Shown here piece after piece: positions 44,714 through 56,725 of a stretch of DNA of 64,000 nucleotides (position 1 is its first letter; every line of letters begins with the position of its first letter). A program made the position numbers and the translations under genes. Source of the DNA: the human T2T-CHM13v2.0 reference genome, Homo sapiens; NCBI RefSeq assembly GCF_009914755.1, contig NC_060928.1; one strand, 5' to 3'. The notes under the pieces were generated by a model. That model was given only the letters and a program-made list of their open reading frames with translations. It was not told the DNA's origin and did no database searches.

Positions 44714-46404
44714 TGATCAAACAACTCTATAAAAAATCTAAGATTCTAATTCAAAAATTGGCAAATATCTGAATATACACTTCTCAAAAGAAGACATAGA
44801 AATGGTAAACAGATAAATAAGAAGGTGTTCAACATAACTGATCATCAGAGAAATGCAAATGAAAACCAAAATGAGATATTATCTCACTCCAGTTAAAATC
44901 ACTTTTATCAAAAAGACAGCCAATAACAAATGCTGACAAGGATGTGGAGAACCCTCATACACTGTTGGTGGAAATGTAAATTAGTGTAAGCACTATGCAG
45001 AACAATTTGAAGTTGCTCAAAAAACTCAAAACACAGCTACCGTATGATCAAGCAAATCCACTCCTAGTTATACACCTAAAAGAAAGGAAATCAGTATATT
45101 GAAGAGATATCTGCACTCCAATGTTTATTGCAGCACTATTCGAATAGTCAAGATTTGGAAGCAACTTAACTGCCTATGAATAAATAAAATGTGGTACATA
45201 TTTACAATGGAGTACTATTCAGCCATAGAAAAGAATGAGGTTCTGTCATTTACAACAATATGGATGGAACTAGAGAATATTATATTTAGCAAAATAAGCC
45301 AGGCACAGAAAGACAAACATTGTATGTTCTTACTTATTTGTGGGAGATAAAAATTAAAACAATTGAACTCATGGAAACAGATTGAAAAATAATGGTTGCC
45401 AAAGGCTGGGAAGGGTAGTTTGGGAGGTGAGTGGGGATTGTTAATGGGTACAAAAATACAATTAAATAGAATAAATTACATCCCATATTTAATAGCATAA
45501 CAAGGTGACTACAGTCAACAATAATTGACTGTACATTTCAAAATAACTAAAAGAAAATAACTGGAACATTTGTAACAGAAGGAAATTATAAGTGCTTGAG
45601 GTGATAGAAACCCCATTTACCCTGAAGCGATTATTATCTATTGTATGCTTGTATCAAAATATCTTATGTATCCCACAAATATATACACTTAGTATGTACC
45701 CATAACAATTTTTTAAAAAAGTAAAATTGAATATAAAATATTACTCCTTGTGTTGGTGCCACTTTGAAAACTTATAACAGTATTTTTAGTAGAAATCATA
45801 ATTGATCTGAAATGAATTCTAACAAACATTTCTGTCAGCCCCAAATTTGCTATTATTTTTTATATTTTCATATAAACCTTTCTTCACTCTACTTACCTCC
45901 ATTTAGTGCCATATTTCAAATATCTATAACATCAGCATGAAAACATTTTTCTTGATTCCTGGGATACCATATGAGAAATCATATTCCATATAGCTAACTT
46001 AATGCTGTTCTTCTGCTCTAGCTTATTACATATCACTCTCATATCTCTCATATTTATGTTAAACTTTTTCAGTTTATTTTTAAATTAATGGTTCATGTTT
46101 ATATAAGACAATTGCAAATCTGAATTGAGAAACTCATCATTGAGACGTCATAATTTAGTGTATGCACAAGACATACTTGTATGAAGAGGTAGATATACAG
46201 TAACCAAAATAAAGTTCTCAAAAGAACTCATAAAGGCCTAGTACTTATAGACAATCAATAGTTTTTTTGACAAAATAAATACAGCTGTAGGTCATGTATT
46301 TGTCCAATATTCATTCTTTATGCATTTATTGGTTACTTATTATACTTTTTATTATAGATTAAAGTAATTATAATTTTGTCTTTACTGTACTATACTTCAC
46401 AATA

Positions 46405-46429
46405 TGTGTGTGTGTGTGTGTGTGTGTGT
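46405..46429. repeat. (TG)12 microsatellite
   Basis: Read directly. Confidence 0.93.
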
Positions 46430-46624
46430 ATACACATATATTTTAATTAACTTGTATCATTACTTTTTTTTAATATTCTCCTCTAAACTGTATAGGATGA
46501 AATCCCAGAATCCTGAAAGCCTGGTGTAGGAACTTCGTTTCCCAGAGAACCTTGCCAAAAGAATTCTGGTTTAATTAGAGTTTTCTTTGAGCTAGATTAG
46601 AAATTTAAATTTTAGTCTCAGTGA

Positions 46625-46855
46625 AAGGAGAAACCATTGTATAGTTTTAATTAGTGATACAATATAATAAAATGTACATTTTCAAAAGTATTGCTGGCTG
46701 CTAATGAGAAATGATTTTACATAGTAAGTGTAGAAGCAAAGAGAGCTATTAGAAAGTTCTTGTAGTAGTTGAGGTAAGATAGAATGTTGGCTTGGTCTAT
46801 TACAGTAGAAGTAAATACAGAGAGAAATTATGTGCTTTGATTTATATTTTGGGCT
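46625..46855 (-). mobile_element. L2 relic
   Basis: GAAACCATTG..GTTTTAA..TGGCTGCT..GTAGAAGCAAAGAGA..TAGTT.AGGTAAGA..TGTTGGCTTGG is antisense L2. Confidence 0.6.
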
Positions 46856-46869
46856 AACGCAACTAGTGT

Positions 46870-47235
46870 ACAACCATAAAATATCACTGGCTTAACACCA
46901 GAAATATTTTTTCACATAATAGGCCAACAGGCATCGTCTAAGCTAGAAGACACAGTTTCACACAATCATTAAGAGCCTGTCTGGAATAGGACTCTACGGT
47001 CTTCCAAAACCTTGTCTTCTTGAGTAAGCAGAGTATGGGAAAAGAAAGCCTGAAGAATCACCATTGCAAGTTGCCTTTAAAAAAAAAATGGGCCTTGCTG
47101 GGAACTAATTTATTTTTATTTCTGCTTCCTTCCATTGCTCAGAATTTAGTCACATGGCCTCAGCTACCAGCAGAGAAGGCACAGAAAATGTAATTTATCC
47201 GAATGCCCAGGAGAAAATGGAATTGGGTGGTTCAA
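46870..47235 (-). mobile_element. MLT1J/K-like LTR relic
   Basis: CATTGCTCAGAATTTAGTCACATGGCC..AAATGTAATTT..TGCCCAGGAG. Confidence 0.55.
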
Positions 47236-48149
47236 AAATTTTAGCCTTTGTCATAAGAAGAGAATAAAATACACTGAGCTTTGCATATATTGAGTAGTTT
47301 ATGTAAAATTATCTACTAGTCAGTTTGATAATGGCTAGAGGGTCTTTATTAATCCATAGAGAAACTTGGGTTCCACTTAGACTTTGAGAAAATTTGGAAA
47401 AAAATACTTTATGAACAAGATAGAAATAAAGGTAGATTTATTTAAATCTAGGAAGACTTTAAAGTTTATAAAGTTTATAGTTTTGAAGGTCAAGATATTC
47501 CACAGAATATAAAATTGTCAAAAGTGAATATAAAATGGCTGTAAGTGCAGATTGTATTTAAGTAATAATGACTTTATCATTTTGATAAGTAATACAATAT
47601 GAGATGAATTTGGAAGGCCCAACTTTAAAAATAGTTTGCATCACATTATAGGTTCCTTGAATGCCAAATTGAGGAGTATAATCTTTCTCATAAGCAATTG
47701 GAATATATTGACAGCCTTAGTGAAGCAGTATGACAAGATGACAATGTTTTGAGTAGGTTACTATGGAAACATGGGGCAGAATTTATTGAAGTCAAAAGTC
47801 TGCTTTCAGAGAGCCATTTAAATATAATAAATGAAATAAATGATAACGTACTTTTAGACAGTAAGGAGCACTTATGAGAAACATGAAGGCAATACAAAGA
47901 GAACGATTGGTGGAAAGAAATGACTCTAAGTAGGAGAACCTGGATAAGAAAAAAATAAAAAATAATAATTAACTTCCAATGTAATCAAGACCAGTGTCAG
48001 AAAATGGTAAGTTATAAGGTCAAGTTATATGGGCATATCAAAGTTAAAATAGTAGATCTCCAAAAAGTTATCTTCAATGATTTCTGGGAGGTGGGCAGAA
48101 TACAAATGTATTCCAAATTTCTAAAGTAATTTATCAAAAATTAGGTAGA

Positions 48150-48473
48150 TTATAAAGTTATATATCTATATATAACTTTAATAAATATGTATATCATATA
48201 TCTATCAAAGTGCCTTATGGAAAATATATATATCATATATATCAACATATATATATCATATATATCAACATATATATAATATATATCAACATATATATCA
48301 TATGATATAGATATATACACACACACATATATGTATCTCAAAGTGCCCCATTATGGAAAAACTATATATATATTTTATATATATATATATTTTATATATA
48401 TATATATATATATCCTATATATCTCTCTGTCTATATATATGTATATCAAAGTGCCCTACTATGGAAAAACTAT
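48150..48473. repeat. Three copies of TCAAAGTGCC..TATGGAAAA separated by (TA)n-rich tracts
   Basis: Cores at 48205, 48338 and 48446. Confidence 0.88.
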
Positions 48474-49396
48474 CCTTGGGTCTTTGAGAAATATTTGCAT
48501 AACCTTTTAATTGCACAGAAATAAAGTGCTCAACATAACTGATCATTCTCAACATAACTGATCACATTTTGTAGAATGTGATGCATACTTCTCATCATCT
48601 CTCTTAGACCACGCTTTCCTTGGACCACATCATTCTTCCTTCTTGGTGGTGAAAATTTTCTATATCCCATGAAATAGTGAATATGGTTATTTGGCTAAAA
48701 ATAAAAATAAGTGGTTTATGTTACTTTCATTGTGAATTCCTTGATTACATGTGGGCCAAATTCTTTCTTTGCTTTATTTTATGATGCAATGTGCACACTA
48801 TGATAAAACTTGTCTTTCTGTATTGTGGTAAAGGACTACTCGTCTCCAATTGCCCTTTCTGAAACCATGAACTTAGGTTTTATTTGCAGAGGAGGAAGAA
48901 AGGATTCCTATTTTAGATTTTGATCCAAGTTTTTATTTCAAACACAGCTTTAACAAATAAATGATAATTAATTTCTATCTGGCTCCATGTCTAGCAAAAA
49001 TTTGTCTGAGAACATGTAGGAGCAGTGGATGATTAACTGGCAATATGTTTTTTCCATCCAATCCACACACATCACACAGAGACACAAGGTATACTCAGTA
49101 TGTGAAGAAATGACTTGAAAGTTAGAAAGAGAAAGTGACATTTTGGAAAAAAGAAACTTTCAATCTATTCTGTTTGCAATGGACATTGTCCTCAGGTATA
49201 GCTGTAAGGTTCAACTGATATGAGTAATGCTAACCAGGGGGCTTTCAGTTACATGTGACTGGTATTTTAAATCATGAGGCTAGGGCTGGATTTAGTTGAT
49301 AAAGAATGGAGTTTAGTAGTTAAGACAGCATTGGCTGGGACTTCAAACTAAAGAAACTAAAGCAATTTTTATTTAGAATTCAGAAAAGGTTTATTT

Positions 49397-50500
49397 ACTA
49401 TATAACCTCTGAAAGACAACCTAAGCAATACCATCCTGGACATATGAACAGGAAAAGATTTCATGACAAAGACACCAAAAGCAATGGAAACAAAAGCAAA
49501 AAAAATGACAAATGGGATCTGGTTATACTTAAGAGCTTCTGCATGGCAAAAGACATTATCAACAGGGTAAACAGAAAACCTAGAGAATGAGAGAAAATAT
49601 TTGCAAACTATGCATCTGACAAAGGTCTATTATACAGATCTACAAGAAACAAATTTACAAGAAATAAAACAAACCACCCTATTAAAAAATGAGCAAAGGA
49701 CATGAACAGACGCTTTTCAAAAGAAGACATAGATGTGACCAACAAGCATATGAGAAAAGCTGAATATCATTGATCATTAGAAAAATGCAAATCAAAACTG
49801 CAATGAGACATCATCTCACACCCATCAAATGGCTATTATTAAAAAGTAAAAAAATAACAGATGCGGTGAGGTTGCAGAGAAAAGGGATGACTTATACAGT
49901 GTTGGTGGGAATGTAAATTTGTTCATCCACTGGGGAAAGTAGTGTGGTGATTTCTTGAAGAGCTAAAAGCAGAACTACTTTTCCACTCAGTAATCCCATT
50001 ACTGGATAGATACTCAGAGGAATATAAATCATTCTACCATGAACACACATGCATGTGAATGTTCACTGCAGCACTATTCACAATAGTAAAGTCATGGAAT
50101 CAACCTAAATGCCCACCAATGACAGACTGAATAAAGAAAATGTGGTATGCCATAAAAAAGAATGAGATCATGTCTTTTGAAGGAACATGGATGGAGCTGG
50201 AGGCTGTTACCCTTAGCAAGCTAATGCAGAAACAGAAAATCAAAAACCCATGTTCTCATTTATAAGTGGGAGCTAAATGATGAGAACTCATGAACACAAA
50301 GAGGGGAACAATCAAGCACCGAGGTCTACTTAAGGGTGAAGAGTGGGAGGAGGGAGAGGAGCAGAAAAGATAACTATTGGGTACTGGGCTTAACACCTGG
50401 GTGATGAAATAATCTCTAGAAAAAACCTCTGTGCACACACATTTGTTATATAACAAACCTTCACATTTAACCCTGAACCTAAAATAAAAGTTAAAAAGAA
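49397..50500 (+). mobile_element. 5'-truncated LINE-1 (L1PA13-16-like)
   Basis: ORF2 end GCAATACCATCCTGGACATA..; 3' UTR GAGAGGAGCAGAAAAGATAACTATTGGGTACTGGGCTT; ends AAATAAAAGTTAAAAA. Confidence 0.93.
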
Positions 50501-51730
50501 ATATGTCTATTTAGAGTGAAGAAATGACTTTCTGTGTTGAGGAATTTCAGAGTCATATATGAGCAGCATAAAACCCTTTCAAGGACCAATAAAACTTATA
50601 TAAAAACAAGCAAAGTGTCAAAATGCAAGTTTTGTGAACATAGGTAGGTGGATTTTTTTTCAGTGTGTATCAGAGTGAATAGAAAACTTAGAGCAGAAAA
50701 AGAGAGTGGATTGCCAAGGCTATAGCAGAAAATTTACAGTGTACAGGTCAATTTTCAGAGGAGAAAGCAAAAGAAACAAAACATAACAAAAATTCAATGG
50801 GATAATTTCAAAAATAATCTTAGAGTCAAGTTTGCAAAGAGGCTCAAGTAAGGAAGGAATGAAAACAAAACAACAAAATTCTTACATAAGTGTAAAGGGA
50901 ATAAAATATAGAAGAGAATTAAGAAAGCAGATTGATTCAACTAATTGCTGAAACAAGTGTCTTTAAAGGAAGATCTGAGGAATTGTGTAGCCCATATTTC
51001 ATTGATCCTACAAGAATGGACTGGAAATAGTCTGGGCTGGGAACAGTCCATCAAAAGATCTTTATCTTTGGGATCCTAGGGAAGAAAAATTATTCAAAAC
51101 ACTGTTCAGTACTGCAGTAAAAAAATAACTACGTGGCTTTAATAATACAAATCTTACTTATTGATTTTTTACTTATTTTTACTGATAAATCAATAAATAG
51201 AGACAAAAATATATTATTTGAAGTGATGGAATTAAAACGTTAGTAGAACCAAAAGAGAAAAATATTTTTAATGGTAGCCTTTGGGAATGTAAATAAGGAT
51301 ATATTACTCTCTGTGATTTCTAAATTCTGCACTTGCATTACAATTATTATATTATGACATGTATTTAATAAAATGAAATAAAATTAAATGTTGGAGTATT
51401 TCATGTGTTGTACAAAAAATATTCTAGTCCTTCTCATAAATATGCAGGTAAGTGATGATTGTTTATTTTAAAGTACTCCAATAAATAAAACAAACACGAA
51501 ATATTATGTTTATTTACTAATCATACTTTGAAACGCTAATATATTGATTAATATGAATGTATTTTTTCTCTTTCTCTCTCTGTTGCATATATACCCACAA
51601 CCTCATACTTACAATTGCCATTTTTGCCTACAGAATAAACTCCTAGATGCTTTAGACTATAATTCAATATTATCTCTTATATGCTCTAAAAATCTGCTGC
51701 CATATATTAATTTTATCACAGATAGTATAT

Positions 51731-52014
51731 GCCGGAAGTTTTCTTACTGGTGGACATTTTTTTCATCATCTCCTCTCTGCCAGCCAAGAAGATTCATGAT
51801 ACCCTCTCTCTGTTCTGCCTGCCAATGAGCCTCTGGGCTAAGTGTCTCAAACTTCCCTGAATGGGAAAGGCTGCTGCACGTATGGTTCGGCAAATCTACC
51901 AGTTGTAGATAGTTGGAATAGGTGGAATACCCTACATAGGTGGTTTCGGTTTCGGGGTCTAAACTGAGATTCTTTCCACCACTCAATGCCACATTTAAAA
52001 TTATCTTATAAATA
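51731..52014. promoter_or_regulatory. Candidate cis-regulatory element (ETS, CCAAT, GAS, HRE, ISRE and TATA motifs)
   Basis: CCGGAAGT 51732, CCAAT 51822, TTCCCTGAA 51853, GCACGTA 51876, GGTTTCGGTTTCGG 51942, TATAAATA 52007; five CpGs retained. Motif evidence only. Confidence 0.35.
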
Positions 52015-52294
52015 TATAGTCCTTGAAGGACTAGTTTCTGTCATTTAGATCAGGCTCATTTTTCCAAATTCACAGGATTAAGCACAGCTCATCCACAGGA
52101 AGATGAGAGGAGACTCATGGGTACTGGTGTACTAAGTGATACAGACAGTGCACAGTGTTTGCATAACATTTGCCCCTGTTATGAACTATTAACTTCCTGT
52201 TTTGTGCATTCTAAAGGCATTACATGTTGCTGGTTACTATAAAAATTATATTTCCTTAGAGCTGACATTTTAAGAAGTTCAGAATTATATATTT

Positions 52295-53500
52295 ACTTGG
52301 CTACACAGCATCATCACTTAAATGTCTCACCTAGTCCTCAACACTAAGACATCTAGAAGTGAACTTTTGACCTTCCACAGAAATCTTCTCATAGTTAAAG
52401 AGTATAATTTATCTCAGCAAAGGTAACGTGCTCTACTTGCTTGAGCCAGAAAATAAATCATTTTTTGATTCCTCCTTCTTCCTTACTCCTAAATCATGTA
52501 TTCTATTTTGTCTTGTCAATTTGGCCTCTGTAATTTTTTTGAATTTGTGTACCATCATCTTTCACTTAGACTATTACAATTTCCTTTCCTTTGGTATCCA
52601 TACATTTTAGTGATAATTCAAGCCAGTTTTCCACATAGCTATCTGAATATTCTTTAAAACATATATAAATGAAATATAACGTTTCCCTTTTGAAACTCTT
52701 TAACGGCCTCTCTTTTCACATAGGATACTATATGTACTAGTCTGTTCTCACACTGCTGATAAAGACATACCTGAGACTGGGTAATTTATAAAGGAAAGGG
52801 GAAAGAGGTTGACTTACAGTTCCACATGGCTAGGGAGGCCTCACAATCATGGTGGAAGAGCAAGGGATGTCTTACACCGCAGCAGGCAAGAGAGAAAAAT
52901 GAGAACCAAGCAAACAGGTATACTCCTTATAAAACCACTCAGATCTTGTAAGAGTTATTCACTACCATGAGAACAGTATGGGGAAAACTGCCCCCATGAT
53001 TTAATTATCTCCCACTGGGTCCCTGCCACAAGATGTGGTAACCACGGGAGCTACAATTCAAGATGAGATTTGGGTGGGGACACAGCCAAACCATATCACT
53101 ATATAAATTTTGTATATTGATTATGGATCTCTAAAGTTTCTGATTTTTGCATGCTTTTTAATTTTTTTATTTCTTCACTTTAGGTATGATATGTTTCTTT
53201 ACACTGTTTGTACAAATTGAATATTTTTCCAAATAAGTTTTTAAAAACAGTAGTTAATTTTCTGCTCCAGTCTTCTAATTCTATAGTAGGTAACTCATTT
53301 TTGCCATTCAAGTCTAACTCTAAAGCTCATTTCCTCATAGAAATCCTTCATAACTGTTATTTATGTTCCATTGATATTAATCTATTTCTTTGATTCTAAT
53401 ATGTCCTTTTCATTTTTCCATATCTTATATAAATTTATAATTATATGAGTACATACGTATTAACTTATTTGTTAAATTTCTGTTTTCTCTATCATTCTAT
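52295..53500 (+). mobile_element. L2 relic, split by a THE1B LTR
   Basis: CATCACTTAAATGTCTCA..GAACTTTTGACCTTCC..TTTGATTCCTCCTT..GACTATTACAAT; continues after 53103 (CATTCAAGTCT..CATTTCCTCA.AGAAATCCTT). Confidence 0.65.
52733..53098 (-). mobile_element. THE1B solo LTR
   Basis: TGTACTAGTCTGTTCTCACACTGCTGATAAAGACATACC...CACAGCCAAACCATATCA; 5-bp TSD CTATA at 52728-52732 and 53099-53103. Confidence 0.95.
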
Positions 53501-54354
53501 AATGGGCTGCCCTCTCCAAAATATCCAAGATAATTTTTATGTCTTTTTTTTGGAAGAAAACAACTCCATTTTCAGGTAGATAACACCATTGAATGATCAT
53601 AATTTCCTGCTCAATTTTTTTTTTAATTCACTCTAGGCTAATTTAGTAAAATACAATTTTAAAATAGATTTCCATAGGTATAAAAATTATATATTAACTG
53701 GAGTTTAAGCTAAGCAAAACAATGAACTCTTTAGAAAGCAGCTAATGAAAGACTCAGACGCTGAGGACTTAATGACTTTGGAAGACAGCTAAATTATATC
53801 CACTTGGACATTATAATATATGAGCTTTGGCTTTTATAGATATAATCACATAATAAATTTCATTATTTTTGAGTCCTTAGCAAATATTCAAATTAATAAA
53901 AACGTGCAAAATTGTAATGTCCAAATCAAAAAGGCAAAAAAACTTTCATATTTATTTTTAGAAATTGTCTTTATTTTTAAATGCCCTTGTTTATTTTTAA
54001 TTTATAATAGAAATATGGATGAGCAAGATGCATGTGGTAGAATGTTACATCATAAATTACTGTAGCAATTTCTCAGTTTTATTCCAAACTTCCACTATTA
54101 ACCTAATTCACTTTTACAGTGCATAATAAGTCAATTGAGTACTGATTACTAAGTTAAATATTCTTGATTTTCAAGAATTAAATGAAAGAAATGATAAAGA
54201 TGGTATTATTAAAAACTTGTTTTAAAAATAGCTGAAATGAACTCCTACTACTTGAGGACAATCTCACATCTTACAACAAAAACACTGCAATTGACAGTTA
54301 TCCAAATAAATTGGAAATGAAGGAAACAACATAGTACTGTATTATTCTAATGAC

Positions 54355-54704
54355 TACTATCAGTTTGTGCTGCAATAACAAAATATGTTAGACTGGGTAA
54401 TTTAAAAACAACAGAAATGTATTGCCAATAGTTCTGGAGCTCAGGAATTCCAAGATCAAGGTGCAACAGATTTGATTTCTGGTGAAGGCTCTCTGTTTCA
54501 TAGATGGTGCCTTATTGCTACATCCTAACATAGTAAAAGGAGAAAGGAAGCTCACTCAAGTCTCTTTTATAAGGGCACTAATCTCATTCATGAGGGTGGA
54601 ATCCCTATGTTGTAATAACTTCCCAAAGGCTCTTAATACTACCACACTAGGTGTTCAATACCATCTTATGAATGTGGGATGATGCTAACATTCTGTCCAT
54701 AGCA
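54355..54704 (-). mobile_element. MLT1A-like solo LTR
   Basis: GCTGCAATAACAAAATA..AGTTCTGGAG..CCAAGATCAAGGTGC..TTTTATAAGGGCACTAATC.CATTCATGAGGG..AACATTC..CCATAGCA. Confidence 0.88.
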
Positions 54705-55281
54705 ACTAGTACAAAAATTCTTATTATATTCAACTTGTCTTTTGATTATGTATTAAATTATGAATATTTCTTAATTTTTCTCAATATATATTTATATGTA
54801 GAGATATATAGATATATAAATATCTATATAGAGAAAGCTGTATTTGGAATTTAAATTAAATATATTTTAATTTGCTAGTAAAAAAAAGAAAAATTGAATT
54901 TTTTTTCTTGTAGAGAAAAGTGAGTGCCACAATAATGTAATAAAGTGATGAAATAAGTGTCATGATAAGTAACTAAAAATATAAGACAAAAAAGCATTTT
55001 TCAGCAAGTAGTATGAGGAATCCTAGCTCGTAAAATAAAACTGGCTTTTTAAACTTTAGTATGTCTTGAACATTCAGATGTAAAATATATTTTCATTGCT
55101 CTTATTTCATTTTAATTCTTTTTAGTATCAACATTTAGCTGTAGTTTGATATAAAATTCTTTATCTAAAAATTTGAAAGTAGTTATTCTGCATATAACAT
55201 TTGACAAATTTTAAAATATGTATTAAGATAGATCATAAGCAAAATAAGAACAAGCATATCAAGTTAAAAAAGCATACTTAG

Positions 55282-55578
55282 GGCCAGACGCGGTGGCTCA
55301 CGCCTGTAATCCTAGCACTTTGGGAGGCCAAGGCGGGTGGATCATGAGGTCAGGAGATCGAGACCATCCTGGCTAACACGGTGAAACCCCGTCTCTACTA
55401 AAAATACACAAAATTAGCTGTGTTTGGTGGCGGGCGCCTGTAATCCCAGCTACTCCGGAGGCTGAGGCAGGAGAATGACGTGAACCCAGGAGGCGGAGCT
55501 TGCAGTGAGCCGAGATAGAGCCACTGTACTCCAGCCTGGGCGACAAAGAGAGACTCCACCTCAAAAAAAAAAAAAAAA
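55282..55578 (+). mobile_element. AluY
   Basis: GAGATCGAGACCATCCTGGCTAACACGGTG, GCGGAGCTTGCAG; TSD AAAAAAGCATACTT at 55266-55279 and 55579-55592 after a TT/AAAA site. Confidence 0.96.
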
Positions 55579-56327
55579 AAAAAAGCATACTTGGAAATAA
55601 ATTATCCCATTTAGATATTTTTCACCTATTAAGTACATATTTGACACATTTAAAAATAGAAAATATATAATTTTGAAAGGCAATTTTACTTTTCTAAGCA
55701 ATTAATAGATACTTATAAAAGTAGCTATTGAGTTCCTCAACAGTAAATCCATAATTAAATCATAATACATATATATTTAATATAATATACAAATACTCAA
55801 TATATTACTATTGCTATAACATATAAATATATAGTTTTGAAAGTTAAGTTCTTTTCCAAGCAAATAACAGTTACAAAATATATAGAGTGTCTAAAGTATT
55901 ATATATTATATACACATATACTATATATATGGAGCAGTATCCAGATAACTAAATCATATCTGTTTGGGAAATTGTTCCAAAAAAACTTTTTTAGAAACAA
56001 CTCCAAAAGCAGCAAAAATGATTTCCTCCTTAGCTTAAAAAGTCACAATTACTATATTTTCTGGGCCAGATAATACCATCCAAGGAACACAAGTTTTGAT
56101 AAGGTTAGCCTTTTTTGTCAAATTCCACTTGGTACCATCTCAGAAAATGACATTTTTTTTTAATTTCCCTTGGGTGAGTTTCTTGAATATGAAAAGACAA
56201 AATAAATGAAAGTGCTACTTGCATTGAAGTTTAAATACCTAAAATTATTGTTGCTCCTTAAAGACAGCACACTAACTGATCATTGTTAAATTTAAATTCT
56301 TCTGTTTTCTTATTTTCTTTTTAAGAG

Positions 56328-56410
56328 TAAAGTGAAAGGAAGTTCATTAGGAAAGTAAAGGAATGGCTACTCCACAGGCAGAGCAGTATTGAGGGTTGCT
56401 GGTTGGCTTA
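56328..56410 (-). mobile_element. Short MER4-group (ERV1) LTR fragment, MER51/MER41-like
   Basis: AAAGTGAAAG.AAGTT.ATTAGGAAAGTAAAGGAATGGCTACTCCA.AGGCAGAGCAG..AGGG.TGCTGGTTG. Confidence 0.7.
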
Positions 56411-56479
56411 TAAATTTCTTAGGGAGTACACATACACACACTCATACAGAAACACACAGCTTCCACTTAACAATTATTA

Positions 56480-56725
56480 AAATAACTGTTATTGGGCCTA
56501 TACCCAATAATAAATGTACCTAGAGTTGTTTTAAATATTTACATTAACTTAAGTAATCACAATTTTGAGGTTTATTATTATTATTACTTTCACTTTACAG
56601 ATGTAGTCTACAAAGAAATCTGAGGCACAGGGAGGTTATGTCAATTGCCAAATATAAGAGGGTATAACTAGCAAGTATTAGTTTTTGGTTTTGAAACCAG
56701 ACTTTCAGCTCTTCCTATACTATAC
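56480..56725 (-). mobile_element. MIR SINE
   Basis: TTATTA..CACTTTACAGATG..GAAATCTGAGGCACAGGGAGGTTA.GT.AATTGCC core. Confidence 0.75.

Larger units (their letters stand above)
39215..45722 (+). mobile_element. LINE-1 L1MA3-like, lacking ORF1 and EN, interrupted by AluY and THE1A
   Basis: L1M1-type 5' UTR (GCAATCACAGTACCTGGTTTTAAC..GGTAGGAAAGACA) to about 39750, then directly ORF2 post-EN sequence; 3' end GAGGTGATAGAAACCCCATTTACCCTGA..TATGTACCCA is L1MA3-type. Confidence 0.9.

Noticed and set aside
44521-44772. His/Tyr/Ile/Thr repeat protein ORF (also 18036 and 48150)
   Set aside because: Translation of TA/CA microsatellites.
48150-48473. CRISPR-like array
   Set aside because: Primate DNA, no cas genes, only three degenerate repeats, and the spacers are microsatellites of unequal length.
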